Below the pieces are notes generated by a model. That model ran no database searches. It was not told the DNA's origin and saw only the letters and a list, made by a program, of their open reading frames with translations. DNA of 64,000 bases from Waterburya sp. (GTDB taxonomy: Bacteria; Cyanobacteriota; Cyanobacteriia; Cyanobacteriales; Xenococcaceae), in assembly GCA_965217895.1 (NCBI GenBank), contig CBDCJV010000002.1, positions 2,944,001 through 3,008,000 of the forward strand. The letters run 5' to 3'. Below, one piece after another: positions 21,167 through 30,396 of this stretch. Each line of letters opens with the position of its first letter. Position 1 is the first letter of the stretch. A program made the translations under genes and the position numbers.

Positions 21167-22369
21167 ATGAATAATCAAGCTTTTACTCTTACTCCTGTGC
21201 CAACTGGTTCATTGAAGATTTTGGCTACATCACTATGTACTGAGATTAATTCCTCTACTCCTCTGAAATTTTCGCTGATTATTCCTTCCTATAACGAAGG
21301 TGATAACATCCAACAAATAATTATTATTCTTTGTCAACTTCTCGAACAAGCTATTCCTGGAAAATATGAGTTAATTGTAGTTGACGACAACAGCCCTGAT
21401 AAAACTTGGAAACTAGCTCAAGAATTGACACCCAAATATCCTCAGTTGAGGGTGATGCGCCGAGACAAGGAAAAAGGGCTGGCAACAGCAGTAATTAGAG
21501 GTTGGCAGGCAGCACGAGGAGAGATTTTGGGAGTAATTGACGGGGATTTGCAGCATCCTCCTGAAGTTTTACTAAAGCTATGGCAAGAAATTGAAAGGGG
21601 TGCTGATTTAGCGGTTGCTAGTCGTAATATCGAAGATGGTGGAATTAGCGATTGGAGTATTATTCGTCGTTTTCTGTCCCGTGGTGCGCAGATGGCAGGA
21701 TTAATTATGCTTCCAGAAGTAGTTAGTCGTCTTAGCGACCCGATGAGTGGCTATTTTCTGGTGCGTCGAGATGTTTTAGTCGGTCAGACCCTCAAACCAT
21801 TAGGATACAAAATATTAATTGAAGTTTTAGCCAGAGGTCGGATACGCTGGATTGGCGAAGTAGGCTATATCTTTCAAGAAAGAGAGAATGGAGCAAGTAA
21901 AGTTACCGCAAAACAGTATGCAGAATATATTCAGCATCTACTGCGCCTGCGCTTAGATTTGTGGCAGATGAAACGCTTTATTCGGTTTGGAATCTCAGGC
22001 TTTAGCGGTGTGTTTATTAATATGGGTGTTCTCTATTTGCTGCGAGAATTTGTTGGTTTAGGGTTGACTCGTAGTGCGATTTTAGCAGCAGAAGTTGCGG
22101 TCGCTAATAATTTTGTCTGGAATGATTTATGGACTTTTCAAGATATTTCCCGCAATCAAAGAGGTAATCGTCAAAGATTTCAACGATTTCTGAAATTTAA
22201 TCTAATTTGCTTATCTGGGCTAGTTTTAAATGTTCTAATTCTGAATCTACTTTACAATTTTTTGGGCATCAGTGAATATATTGCCAACCTTATGGCGATC
22301 GCCATTGTGACTTTCTGGAATTTTTGGTTAAACCTTAAACTAAGCTGGCGTGTTACGGAAATTGATTAG
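21167..22369 (+). CDS. GT2 polyprenol-phosphate glycosyltransferase (Dpm1-like) fused to a GtrA-like domain
   Basis: SLIIPSYNE, VDDNSPD, DGDLQHPP and DPMSGY; C-terminal four-TM GtrA-like part (RFGISG, NNFVWN..WTF, WNFWLN). Confidence 0.9.
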   Translation: MNNQAFTLTPVPTGSLKILATSLCTEINSSTPLKFSLIIPSYNEGDNIQQIIIILCQLLEQAIPGKYELIVVDDNSPDKTWKLAQELTPKYPQLRVMRRDKEKGLATAVIRGWQAARGEILGVIDGDLQHPPEVLLKLWQEIERGADLAVASRNIEDGGISDWSIIRRFLSRGAQMAGLIMLPEVVSRLSDPMSGYFLVRRDVLVGQTLKPLGYKILIEVLARGRIRWIGEVGYIFQERENGASKVTAKQYAEYIQHLLRLRLDLWQMKRFIRFGISGFSGVFINMGVLYLLREFVGLGLTRSAILAAEVAVANNFVWNDLWTFQDISRNQRGNRQRFQRFLKFNLICLSGLVLNVLILNLLYNFLGISEYIANLMAIAIVTFWNFWLNLKLSWRVTEID

Positions 22370-22390
22370 GAGAGGAATTGACTAAAAATC

Positions 22391-24004
22391 ATGGTTCATA
22401 TTCAGTCAGGTTTTACTAAAACTGTTTTTAAGACAGGCATCGTGTTTGTTTTTCTTAGTTTAAGATTGTTGTTAGACAGCAACATGGATGGTCATGTTTG
22501 GAATGAAGTGGATGTTTTACCTTTAGCCAAGCAGTTTGTCGCTCCTGACTGGATAGCTAACGACTGGTATCTCAACCTAGAAACCAACTATAGATATTTG
22601 TTTCAAATTATTTTTGGCTGGTTAATAGTTCACTTTGGGTTTTTGGCAACTTCTATTATCGGACGTTTGATTTGTTATGCTCTGGTATCGTGGGGAATAG
22701 TACTGCTAGGTCAAAAACTAGGCTTGAGCTTGTCCTATCTGTTGTTAGCAACGGTGGTAATTACTTATCAAGGAAATCTCCAGGGGACAATTGCAGGGGA
22801 ATGGTTCGTTGGGGGACTTGAAGCCAAAGCTTTAGCCTATGGACTAATTCTGATTGCTCTGCCTTTGATGTTGAGCAAAAAATATATTTTAATGACCTTG
22901 TTATTAGGATTGGCTACTTCTTTTCATGTCTTAGTCGGTGGTTGGGCTTTTATCACTACATTGGGTTGGTTTTGTTTTCGTCCTCAACGTTTGTTCAAAC
23001 TCGGCAAGAATGTCTGGTTATTGTTAGTAATTTATTTAGCGGCTAGTGCCTTTGCCATTCCCACAGCTTTTCAGCAGCTTTTTGCCCCCTCCATCTCAGC
23101 AAATATTTCTCCCTCTTTTATTTATGTTTTTCTCAGACTTCCCCACCACTTAAACCCCTTTGCCTGGCATCCACTATTGTGGCTAAGATTAACAATCTAT
23201 CTTTCGATCTGGGCATTGTGTATGGTGTCTTTGCAAAAAAATGCCGATCTCCAAGGTTGGAAATCAGAAGATTATGCCCGTTTTGAACTGGCAGAATTCA
23301 CCCTAATTAGTTTGATTCCCTTTGTTACGGGAGTGGCGATCGCTTTTTTCGACCATCAAGGACAGTGGCTACAATATTATCCCTTTCGCTTCGGGGACAT
23401 GATGTTGCCTTTAACTACCTTTTTGCTCCTTGCCTGTAGTCTGCAAGCAAAATTCTCTTTTAAGAACAATAGGTTTCGGCTAATCTTGATAGCTTTATTA
23501 AGCTGTATTTTGTTGACTCAAGGAGCAATTTTTAACCAACGGGCGATCGCTTATGCAGATTTTCCCACAAGCGAACAAGATGTAGATTCTCAATTTAAGT
23601 TAATGAGTACTTGGATTGACGAGCATATTGATCGCGAGGCGATCGTTATTTCCCACCCCTGGAAACTAACTAGCTTTAGCTGGATGAGCGAACGAGCAAC
23701 TATTGTTAAGTTGAAAATGTTTCCTCAAACTAAAAAATCAATTGTGGAGTATTATGAGCGTTTGAATGACCTTAGTGCTGGGGCTGTAGCCAAAATATAT
23801 TTTGGCGATCGCAAAATAGATCAAGGGAATATGGTAAAAGCTATTAGTGCAGGTTTTTCTCACCTCAATACTTCTCAGGTGAAGCAATTGATGACTAAGT
23901 ATCAATCTAATTATTTCTTAACTGATGAGTCCCATCATTTAGATTTGCCCGTTGTTCATATCCAGGCACCTTATATTCTTTATGGACTAACTGAGGACTT
24001 TTGA
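22391..24004 (+). CDS. Multi-TM membrane protein, DUF6798-like (paralog A)
   Basis: About 10-12 hydrophobic segments; NEVDVLPLA, DWYLN, GGLEAKA, RLPHHLNP and YYPFRF motifs shared with 25229-26866. Confidence 0.8.
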   Translation: MVHIQSGFTKTVFKTGIVFVFLSLRLLLDSNMDGHVWNEVDVLPLAKQFVAPDWIANDWYLNLETNYRYLFQIIFGWLIVHFGFLATSIIGRLICYALVSWGIVLLGQKLGLSLSYLLLATVVITYQGNLQGTIAGEWFVGGLEAKALAYGLILIALPLMLSKKYILMTLLLGLATSFHVLVGGWAFITTLGWFCFRPQRLFKLGKNVWLLLVIYLAASAFAIPTAFQQLFAPSISANISPSFIYVFLRLPHHLNPFAWHPLLWLRLTIYLSIWALCMVSLQKNADLQGWKSEDYARFELAEFTLISLIPFVTGVAIAFFDHQGQWLQYYPFRFGDMMLPLTTFLLLACSLQAKFSFKNNRFRLILIALLSCILLTQGAIFNQRAIAYADFPTSEQDVDSQFKLMSTWIDEHIDREAIVISHPWKLTSFSWMSERATIVKLKMFPQTKKSIVEYYERLNDLSAGAVAKIYFGDRKIDQGNMVKAISAGFSHLNTSQVKQLMTKYQSNYFLTDESHHLDLPVVHIQAPYILYGLTEDF

Positions 24005-24018
24005 GTTATGCCAGAAAT

Positions 24019-25179
24019 CTAACCATTTGCTTGGGCTAATAATCCCCCTGCTGCCCCTAAACAAAGCAAATTTGGCAGCCAAGCAGCCAACAAAGGAGAA
24101 ACAGCTCCAGAAGTCCCTAAAGATTGGCAGATAAAAGACAAGAAATAATAAATAAAAATTAGTCCAATACAAATACCGAAACTGGTTGCTTTACCCGAAT
24201 TTTGGGGTTTAACGCCCAAAGCAGCCCCAAACAGGGCAAATACTAAACAAGCAAAAGGCACCGCAATTTTTGATTGGATACTAACTTGCAGAAGGCGAAT
24301 TTCTTTTTCATCAGCACTGTCCTTAATTATTTTTAAATACTCTCGCGCTTCAAAAATATTCATTTCATTGGTTTCCTTGCTTTTTTTGGTAATATCTAAA
24401 GCCGAGCGTGGTAATTCTAGTTTTTGGTGCTGAAAACGGATTACGTTGTTGTAGCTGCCATTTTCCCCCACCAAATAAATCGTGCCATTATTGAAATCCC
24501 AAATATTTTCCAAGACATTCCACTGAGCTGATTCTGCCGTGACAATTTGGCTTAGGGGTCTACTGGTGCGATCTAATACCGTTATGTTTTTCATTTGCTG
24601 ACCGTCAAATTCTTCAGCATAAAACAAACGGCTTAAAACCTTTCTAGTATCACCATTTTCTAGCTGAATATCTTCATACTCAGGAAACAAGATATTCTCC
24701 GTTTTAAAATTAGGTTTAGTTTCTCCCAATGCTTCATTCAGAGTTACCGACGCTTGATAGCTGCTAGCAGGAGCAATAAAATTGTTAAACATAAAGGTGA
24801 TGGCAACTACACACAAACTAAAGGCGATCGCTGGTTTAATTAGAGCATAAACACTAACTCCAATACTACGTAAGGCAATCAGTTCGCTATCACTAGAAAG
24901 ACGGCTATAACTCATCAAGGTCGCCAATAAGATCGACATAGGAAAAGCAAGCACAATAAATTCAGGCATTTTCAGAACTAGTACTTCGAGAGCAACCCCC
25001 CAAAACAATCCTGAATCCGTGACTTGGCGAATTAGTTCAAATACTGCGCCAATTGACAAGCCCAGAGCGGTAAATATCCCCATCCCAAATAAAAATGGTA
25101 AGATTAGCTCCTTGATGATGTAGAGATTTAGCACTGATAAGCTTAATTCTCTAAATGGCTTTAATACACCGATTTTCAT
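24019..25179 (-). CDS. LptF/LptG-family (Ycf84-like) LPS export permease
   Basis: YIIKELI.PF, SRLSSDSELIALRSIGVS, periplasmic beta domain and AAWLPN. Confidence 0.9.
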   Translation of the reverse strand: MKIGVLKPFRELSLSVLNLYIIKELILPFLFGMGIFTALGLSIGAVFELIRQVTDSGLFWGVALEVLVLKMPEFIVLAFPMSILLATLMSYSRLSSDSELIALRSIGVSVYALIKPAIAFSLCVVAITFMFNNFIAPASSYQASVTLNEALGETKPNFKTENILFPEYEDIQLENGDTRKVLSRLFYAEEFDGQQMKNITVLDRTSRPLSQIVTAESAQWNVLENIWDFNNGTIYLVGENGSYNNVIRFQHQKLELPRSALDITKKSKETNEMNIFEAREYLKIIKDSADEKEIRLLQVSIQSKIAVPFACLVFALFGAALGVKPQNSGKATSFGICIGLIFIYYFLSFICQSLGTSGAVSPLLAAWLPNLLCLGAAGGLLAQANG

Positions 25180-25228
25180 AGATAAATTTAGACAATTATG
25201 TTTTGAATTAGCTGGCTAGTAATTAATC

Positions 25229-26866
25229 TCATTTAGATTTGACGTAGAGGATATAAGGAGATTGACGATGAGCAGTCTCCAAGTCTAAATGATGGGCAAC
25301 GTTAGTTAAAAAATAATTGGCTTTATATTTGGTCATCAAAGTTTCTACTTGAGCCACAGTCAAATGAGCGTAACCGTTTGCTAATACTTTTCTCGTTTTT
25401 TGTTTGCTTAGGCTTCCACTCTTCAGATAGGCTGATAATACACTATTGCCACTAAGATCATCCCAACGCTGGTATTGTTCCAATATTCGAGCTTTAGTTT
25501 GCGCGAAAAGTTTAAATTTGGCGATTGTAGGACGTTCGGTTAACCAGCTAAAATTATCTAGCTCAACGGGATTGGAGATAATTACGGCATTTTTAGCAGT
25601 ATTGAGTCGAATCCAATTACTCATCTCTTTCCACTCAGGAGATACATTTTGCTCTTGAGCGGGAAATTGCCCTAGAGCTAAAAAATTTTGATAAAAAGGT
25701 ATAATTTGTAAGCTCAAAGCCCAACTTATAAGTACAGTGCAGATCGTCAACTTTAGCTTGTGTTGATGTGCTAAAAGAAAATGCTCTAAAATACAGGCAA
25801 ACAGTAAACAACCAGTTAACGGCAGTATTACATCTGCAAAACGAAAAGGATAATACTGCAACCATTGCCCTTGAGAGTCAAAAAAAGCAATTACTATACC
25901 TAGAAAAAAGGGAATCAAACTGACCAATGCTAATTCCCCCAGTTCCTGACGAGCATAATCAGCTTGCTCTTGGTATTCTCCTTTATCAGCTAGCTTCTTG
26001 AGCAAGATCATACTAACCAGCAGCACTAGCAAATACAGTATAGGTTTAATCCACTGTTCACTAGACCAAGTAAAAGGATTAAGGTGATGGGATAGTCGCA
26101 GATAAACATATATATAGGATGGAGAAGGAATATCATTATTAATATTAATTGGCTTGGCAGCAGCTATTTGCTGCCAGACGGCGGGAATCGCAAAAATACT
26201 GGCAGAAATATATGCTAAAAGCAATTGAGGAATAGCTTGACTAATCTGACCCAATCTTTTGGAATAATGAAGACAAAACCAGCCTGCAATCGTCATAAAA
26301 GCCCATCCACCTACTAAAACCTGAAAAGAAGTGGCAACACCTAATAACAAAGCTGTAAATAGGTAACGTTTAGCTAATAAAAAAGCGATCGCCACCAAAA
26401 CAAAACCATAGGCAAATGCTTTAGCTTCTAGTCCTCCAACTATCCATTCCCCAGCGATTACCCCTTGTTCATAACTTTTATTAAGATAAGTAAATAAAAC
26501 AATGGCTAGCAATAAAAAAGGCAGGCTTAAACGTAGTTGTTTACCAATCAATACTAATCCTATAGCAACCAGTACGTAACAAAGCGATCGACCGATAATT
26601 GAAGCAGCTAAAAAACCCCAGTTAACAATCAACCAGCCTACTAAAGTTTGAAATAACAATCTATAGCCAGCAGCTTGATTAAGATACCAATCTCCAGGTA
26701 TCCAAGATGGATCAAAATATTGCCGAGCAAGAGGTAATACGTCAACCTCATTCAAGCCTGAGTTTCCCATATTTTTATACAAAAGCAATCTCAAACTAAG
26801 GAATACCGTAACTGCGACTATTTGCCAAAAAGTATTGAGTAGGGGTGAGGCATTTATTTTATACAT
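25229..26866 (-). CDS. Multi-TM membrane protein, DUF6798-like (paralog B)
   Basis: Collinear motifs with 22391-24004 along the whole length. Confidence 0.8.
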   Translation of the reverse strand: MYKINASPLLNTFWQIVAVTVFLSLRLLLYKNMGNSGLNEVDVLPLARQYFDPSWIPGDWYLNQAAGYRLLFQTLVGWLIVNWGFLAASIIGRSLCYVLVAIGLVLIGKQLRLSLPFLLLAIVLFTYLNKSYEQGVIAGEWIVGGLEAKAFAYGFVLVAIAFLLAKRYLFTALLLGVATSFQVLVGGWAFMTIAGWFCLHYSKRLGQISQAIPQLLLAYISASIFAIPAVWQQIAAAKPININNDIPSPSYIYVYLRLSHHLNPFTWSSEQWIKPILYLLVLLVSMILLKKLADKGEYQEQADYARQELGELALVSLIPFFLGIVIAFFDSQGQWLQYYPFRFADVILPLTGCLLFACILEHFLLAHQHKLKLTICTVLISWALSLQIIPFYQNFLALGQFPAQEQNVSPEWKEMSNWIRLNTAKNAVIISNPVELDNFSWLTERPTIAKFKLFAQTKARILEQYQRWDDLSGNSVLSAYLKSGSLSKQKTRKVLANGYAHLTVAQVETLMTKYKANYFLTNVAHHLDLETAHRQSPYILYVKSK

Positions 26867-26922
26867 ACATTGTTTGTTCTCAATTCAAGCCAAAAATATC
26901 CAGCCTCACCATAGATATAAAG

Positions 26923-26940
26923 CGTCAAGAACTTTATAAG
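26923..26940 (-). promoter_or_regulatory. Shared regulatory motif, copy 3
   Basis: Minus strand CTTATAAAGTTCTTGACG, about 57 nt upstream of the start at 26866. Confidence 0.7.
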
Positions 26941-27095
26941 ATGCTTTCCTACTTTTGTGAATGTTCATATTTGCTAACGCAGACTGAATTGTGAGCTAGT
27001 CAAAAAATAGATTTGATGACGGTAATCCTTTACTGCAAAACACTTTTCTTGTTCAATAGTTTTGATGTGCAGTCGAAATATTAGCGATTGATGAC

Positions 27096-27120
27096 AAAAC
27101 TTGCAAAGTTCTTGACATTT
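27096..27120 (+). promoter_or_regulatory. Shared regulatory motif, copy 4
   Basis: 25-bp exact match to 21077-21101; 46 nt upstream of 27167. Confidence 0.8.
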
Positions 27121-27166
27121 GTTTTTTAGATTGGAATCGCCAACTTAAATAAACGAGGCAAAACAA

Positions 27167-28039
27167 ATGGCAAACCAACTATTGAATGTGAATGACCAAG
27201 AAACACAAGATGACTTAATGAACATGGGAGCTACTCAAGATAGCCAGAATAACGACCAAGAAACACAAGATGACATTGGTGCAGATGGCGAGATCCAAGA
27301 CGACTATCAAACAGTCGGAATTAAGGACTTAAGTGCAGATATGATCCAGAGTGCAACTGGAACTGTTTCCGCAGTTTCTGACAATGGATTTGTCCTGACG
27401 GACTCTACGGGTCAGATTCAAGTAGATACTCCAGGGAAATTGAATCTTGCGGATGGAGAACAAGTTACTGTCATTGGCGAATATTCTAATTTAGGAGGTC
27501 AGAATGTCTTTGATGGATTAGATATTACTAAAGCAGATGGAACAGTCGCTCTCAATCCTTTTGGAACTACTGATACTGGAGGGCAAAACGACATTCTCGA
27601 TGGTAATGCACAAGCAAATATGCTTGAGGGCGATTCTGGTAATGATTATATTACAGGGCGAGGTGGCAATGACAACCTTGTTGGTAATGATGGTACAGAC
27701 ATCTTATTAGGAGGAGCAGGTCAAGATATCCTGACTGGCGGCAGTGGAGCAGATCAGTTCAGCTATCAATCACTTGCAGATGGTGGCGATTCTATTAGCG
27801 ACTTTAACGCTACCGAGGATGTTATTAATGTAGGTGAAATTTTTGGCTCTACAAATTATAGTAGCCAAAACCCTTTTGCGGAATACGTGCAGCTAACACA
27901 AGTCGGTTCTAGCACTCAGGTCGGTATCGATCCTGATGGTAGTGCAGGAACAAATCCGTTCGAGGTTTTGACTACTTTAGAAAATACCACCGCTAGCAGT
28001 TTGAGTCAAGATAACTTTAATTTTAATCCTCTGGGTTAA
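27167..28039 (+). CDS. Acidic protein with an OB-fold-like domain, RTX calcium-binding repeats and a type I secretion C-terminal target domain
   Basis: GTV..V....FVL.DSTGQI.VD (BOF/YgiW-like), GG.GND nonapeptide repeats, D.ISDF and a C-terminal IDPDG...LTTL motif. Confidence 0.75.
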   Translation: MANQLLNVNDQETQDDLMNMGATQDSQNNDQETQDDIGADGEIQDDYQTVGIKDLSADMIQSATGTVSAVSDNGFVLTDSTGQIQVDTPGKLNLADGEQVTVIGEYSNLGGQNVFDGLDITKADGTVALNPFGTTDTGGQNDILDGNAQANMLEGDSGNDYITGRGGNDNLVGNDGTDILLGGAGQDILTGGSGADQFSYQSLADGGDSISDFNATEDVINVGEIFGSTNYSSQNPFAEYVQLTQVGSSTQVGIDPDGSAGTNPFEVLTTLENTTASSLSQDNFNFNPLG

Positions 28040-28059
28040 GAAAAAAGTTTTATAACTAA

Positions 28060-28092
28060 CAGAACTTTCTTTATAAAATAAAGAAAGTTCTG
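28060..28092. terminator. Bidirectional terminator hairpin
   Basis: CAGAACTTTCTTTAT-AAA-ATAAAGAAAGTTCTG between convergent genes. Confidence 0.75.
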
Positions 28093-28125
28093 ATTAAACT
28101 AAACTCACGTTACCTTCAACTCGAT

Positions 28126-28368
28126 CTACAGATTTTCAGTGCTATCGGGGGAAATTTCTTTTACTTTTCTATTTGTTTTAGCAACCTGCTGATCGGTGAT
28201 TAGATCATCTAGTTCGTTGATGTCTACACCAATTTGCTGACAGGCTTGATGTAAGTTGGCGATAAATAAATCGGTGTTTTGCTCGTATCCAGAGTTTTTG
28301 GCAGCGATCGCAATTCCTTGCTTGGCATTTGCCTTGGCACAGTCTATTAGCTCTATTCCTTGAAGCAT
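28126..28368 (-). CDS. Conserved hypothetical protein
   Basis: 80-aa ORF with L.G.ELIDCAKANA start and EISPDS end, typical of a small cyanobacterial family. Confidence 0.7.
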   Translation of the reverse strand: MLQGIELIDCAKANAKQGIAIAAKNSGYEQNTDLFIANLHQACQQIGVDINELDDLITDQQVAKTNRKVKEISPDSTENL

Positions 28369-28445
28369 AATTTTTTATAGTAAAATGTTTTTACATCTTA
28401 AGCTGGCATATTAAATTGCCAATTACATCTGTCTAAAGATCTATC

Positions 28446-28847
28446 TTAATTGGTTACTGTACTTAAATCTTGAGCTACTCGAACTCGATCGCTGGCTTCG
28501 TTTTTCTCAATGTGCTTTTCTAATATGTCTAGGTTACGCATATTTGCTTTAAAGTAGGCATCAAAAATATCGCCAGCAATAGGAACAGAACCAATTGCTG
28601 TTTCTATCGCCACATTTTTGAACATCTTTAGTATTTCGCCTCGCTCTAGTCCAAAACGAGCCGCTAAATAAATCATGTAGGCGGAGATACCAGCCGAAAT
28701 CAAATCTCCTCCTCCTGGAATTAAACCCAAAATAGGATCTAAACCAAAACGAATTTTTGTACCTGGAATACCGATAGCTGTATCTAAAAGTTTGGCTATT
28801 TTACGAATCTTTTTTAGGTTTTTAAGCTGCTGAATTTTATCCATCAA
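28446..28847 (-). CDS. DUF4112-family protein
   Basis: LLDTAIGIPGT.IRFGLDPILGLIPGGGD and GDIFD..FKAN.RN. Confidence 0.9.
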   Translation of the reverse strand: MMDKIQQLKNLKKIRKIAKLLDTAIGIPGTKIRFGLDPILGLIPGGGDLISAGISAYMIYLAARFGLERGEILKMFKNVAIETAIGSVPIAGDIFDAYFKANMRNLDILEKHIEKNEASDRVRVAQDLSTVTN

Positions 28848-28927
28848 TTGCAGTACACTAGAATGTAATTCTTTTATCTTATAGCGATCGCCTTTGAGTT
28901 TCTTCTCTCTGTAGATATAAATTTTAT

Positions 28928-29111
28928 GGCGTTGCTGATTTGAAGTATGAAACCGAAAAGTAATCTGTTCGTAGCTATTAGCTCTTAGAGGCTTTGGAAA
29001 GCCTCGCCTCTCCGAAGGAGAGTCGGCAAGCTCCAGCTTGCAGCTCTTAGCTTTTTAATTGATTTGCTCAACGAGTAAAAATTATGAATCATACCTGGAT
29101 TCAGCAACGCC
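28928..29111. mobile_element. MITE (184 bp) with imperfect 23-bp TIRs and an 8-bp target-site duplication
   Basis: Left end GGCGTTGCTGATTTGAAGTATGA, right end TCATACCTGGATTCAGCAACGCC; AATTTTAT flanks both sides (28920-28927 and 29112-29119). Confidence 0.85.
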
Positions 29112-29123
29112 AATTTTATCTAT

Positions 29124-30206
29124 CTAAGTCCAATACAAAATTTCCCCATCAGGAAAATTAGTGACAATTTGCGTTTGAATAAACTCTTTAAGTTCTGTCA
29201 TAGTATCGCGGTCATAGACATATTTAACACCACCAAACTTATTACGCTTTTGAATGCGCTCGGCTGCTTCTAAATCTAGTTTGCTGTTAGGATACCATGT
29301 CTGCAAAACCTCTTTTGATTTAGGGGTAAAGCGATGAGTAATTAGTTCAAAAGTAAGATCGCATTCAAAATCCAAAGCCTGACGAATTTTAGCAAACAAG
29401 TTCTCATAATGCTGCTGCCAATCGGCAACGATCATAATCGGCGCAACGACAACGCCTACGGGATAACCGCTCAAAGCTAGCTTTCGTAGTCCCTGTAGCC
29501 TTTCTTCTACGGTAGCCGTACCTCCCTCCATAAAACGACTTACAGGATCGGCATTGACGCTAACACGACAGCGAGTATGCCCATTATGAGGTAAATCTAA
29601 GAGCCGATCGACATGATCGAACTTGGTTACCCAACGTAGATAAGCAGATTTCCTCGTGCCGAAATAGCGAATACATTCAGCTAAACTACCAGTCAAGTGT
29701 TCTATGCCTAAAGGATCTGTATAACAGCTAACTTCATAGGTTGTATCTTCCTCTTCTTTTTCGTAATTGCTTAAATTCGCGAGAATTTGGGGCAAATTTC
29801 CATAAGCCTTAACGACAGGAACACCTGACAAACTTCCTGCCAGATAACAATACTGACAGTGAGCAGGACAACCTTGTGCCAAATGAAATTGCCAATCAGC
29901 CGATGGCGGAATCGGAGTAAGTTTAAGTTGGCTGGGTGGTGCGTTAACTATAGCTAAAGTATTTTTGGCGATCGCATAAGTCTCTTTTTCAGTCTTACCA
30001 CGCAATCCCGTGATTCTGTTTTGAGATAGCTTTTTGACAGGAATACCCAAAGCTTCAACCCTGGCAATAATTTGTTGTCCCCAAGGTTGAGAATCGGCAG
30101 CAGGAGTTACTAATACTTGCTTTGGCAGCCAAAGTTTAGTCTTAGAAGAAACAGTACCGTTAGATTGCGTAGAATCGATTGGTGTTGAAATAGCAGGTTT
30201 GTTCAT
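29124..30206 (-). CDS. splB: Spore photoproduct lyase family radical SAM protein
   Basis: GCPAHCQYCYL (CxxxCxxC), SCYTDPL.IEHLTG, VTKF and ITHRFT. Confidence 0.88.
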   Translation of the reverse strand: MNKPAISTPIDSTQSNGTVSSKTKLWLPKQVLVTPAADSQPWGQQIIARVEALGIPVKKLSQNRITGLRGKTEKETYAIAKNTLAIVNAPPSQLKLTPIPPSADWQFHLAQGCPAHCQYCYLAGSLSGVPVVKAYGNLPQILANLSNYEKEEEDTTYEVSCYTDPLGIEHLTGSLAECIRYFGTRKSAYLRWVTKFDHVDRLLDLPHNGHTRCRVSVNADPVSRFMEGGTATVEERLQGLRKLALSGYPVGVVVAPIMIVADWQQHYENLFAKIRQALDFECDLTFELITHRFTPKSKEVLQTWYPNSKLDLEAAERIQKRNKFGGVKYVYDRDTMTELKEFIQTQIVTNFPDGEILYWT

Positions 30207-30396
30207 AAAATTATCTCAAGCTATAGGTTAGCTTGATTAAAATTATTTGTTTTTTAAATAAGTAATGCTATTGGTTGATATTTAGAATCAATAAATTTCT
30301 TGTATAAAGAGCGCGATCGCTGTTAATGAAGCAATATATCAATAATCTTGATATAGCAATACCATTTAGTATCCATTCTATAACTTTGAACACCAA

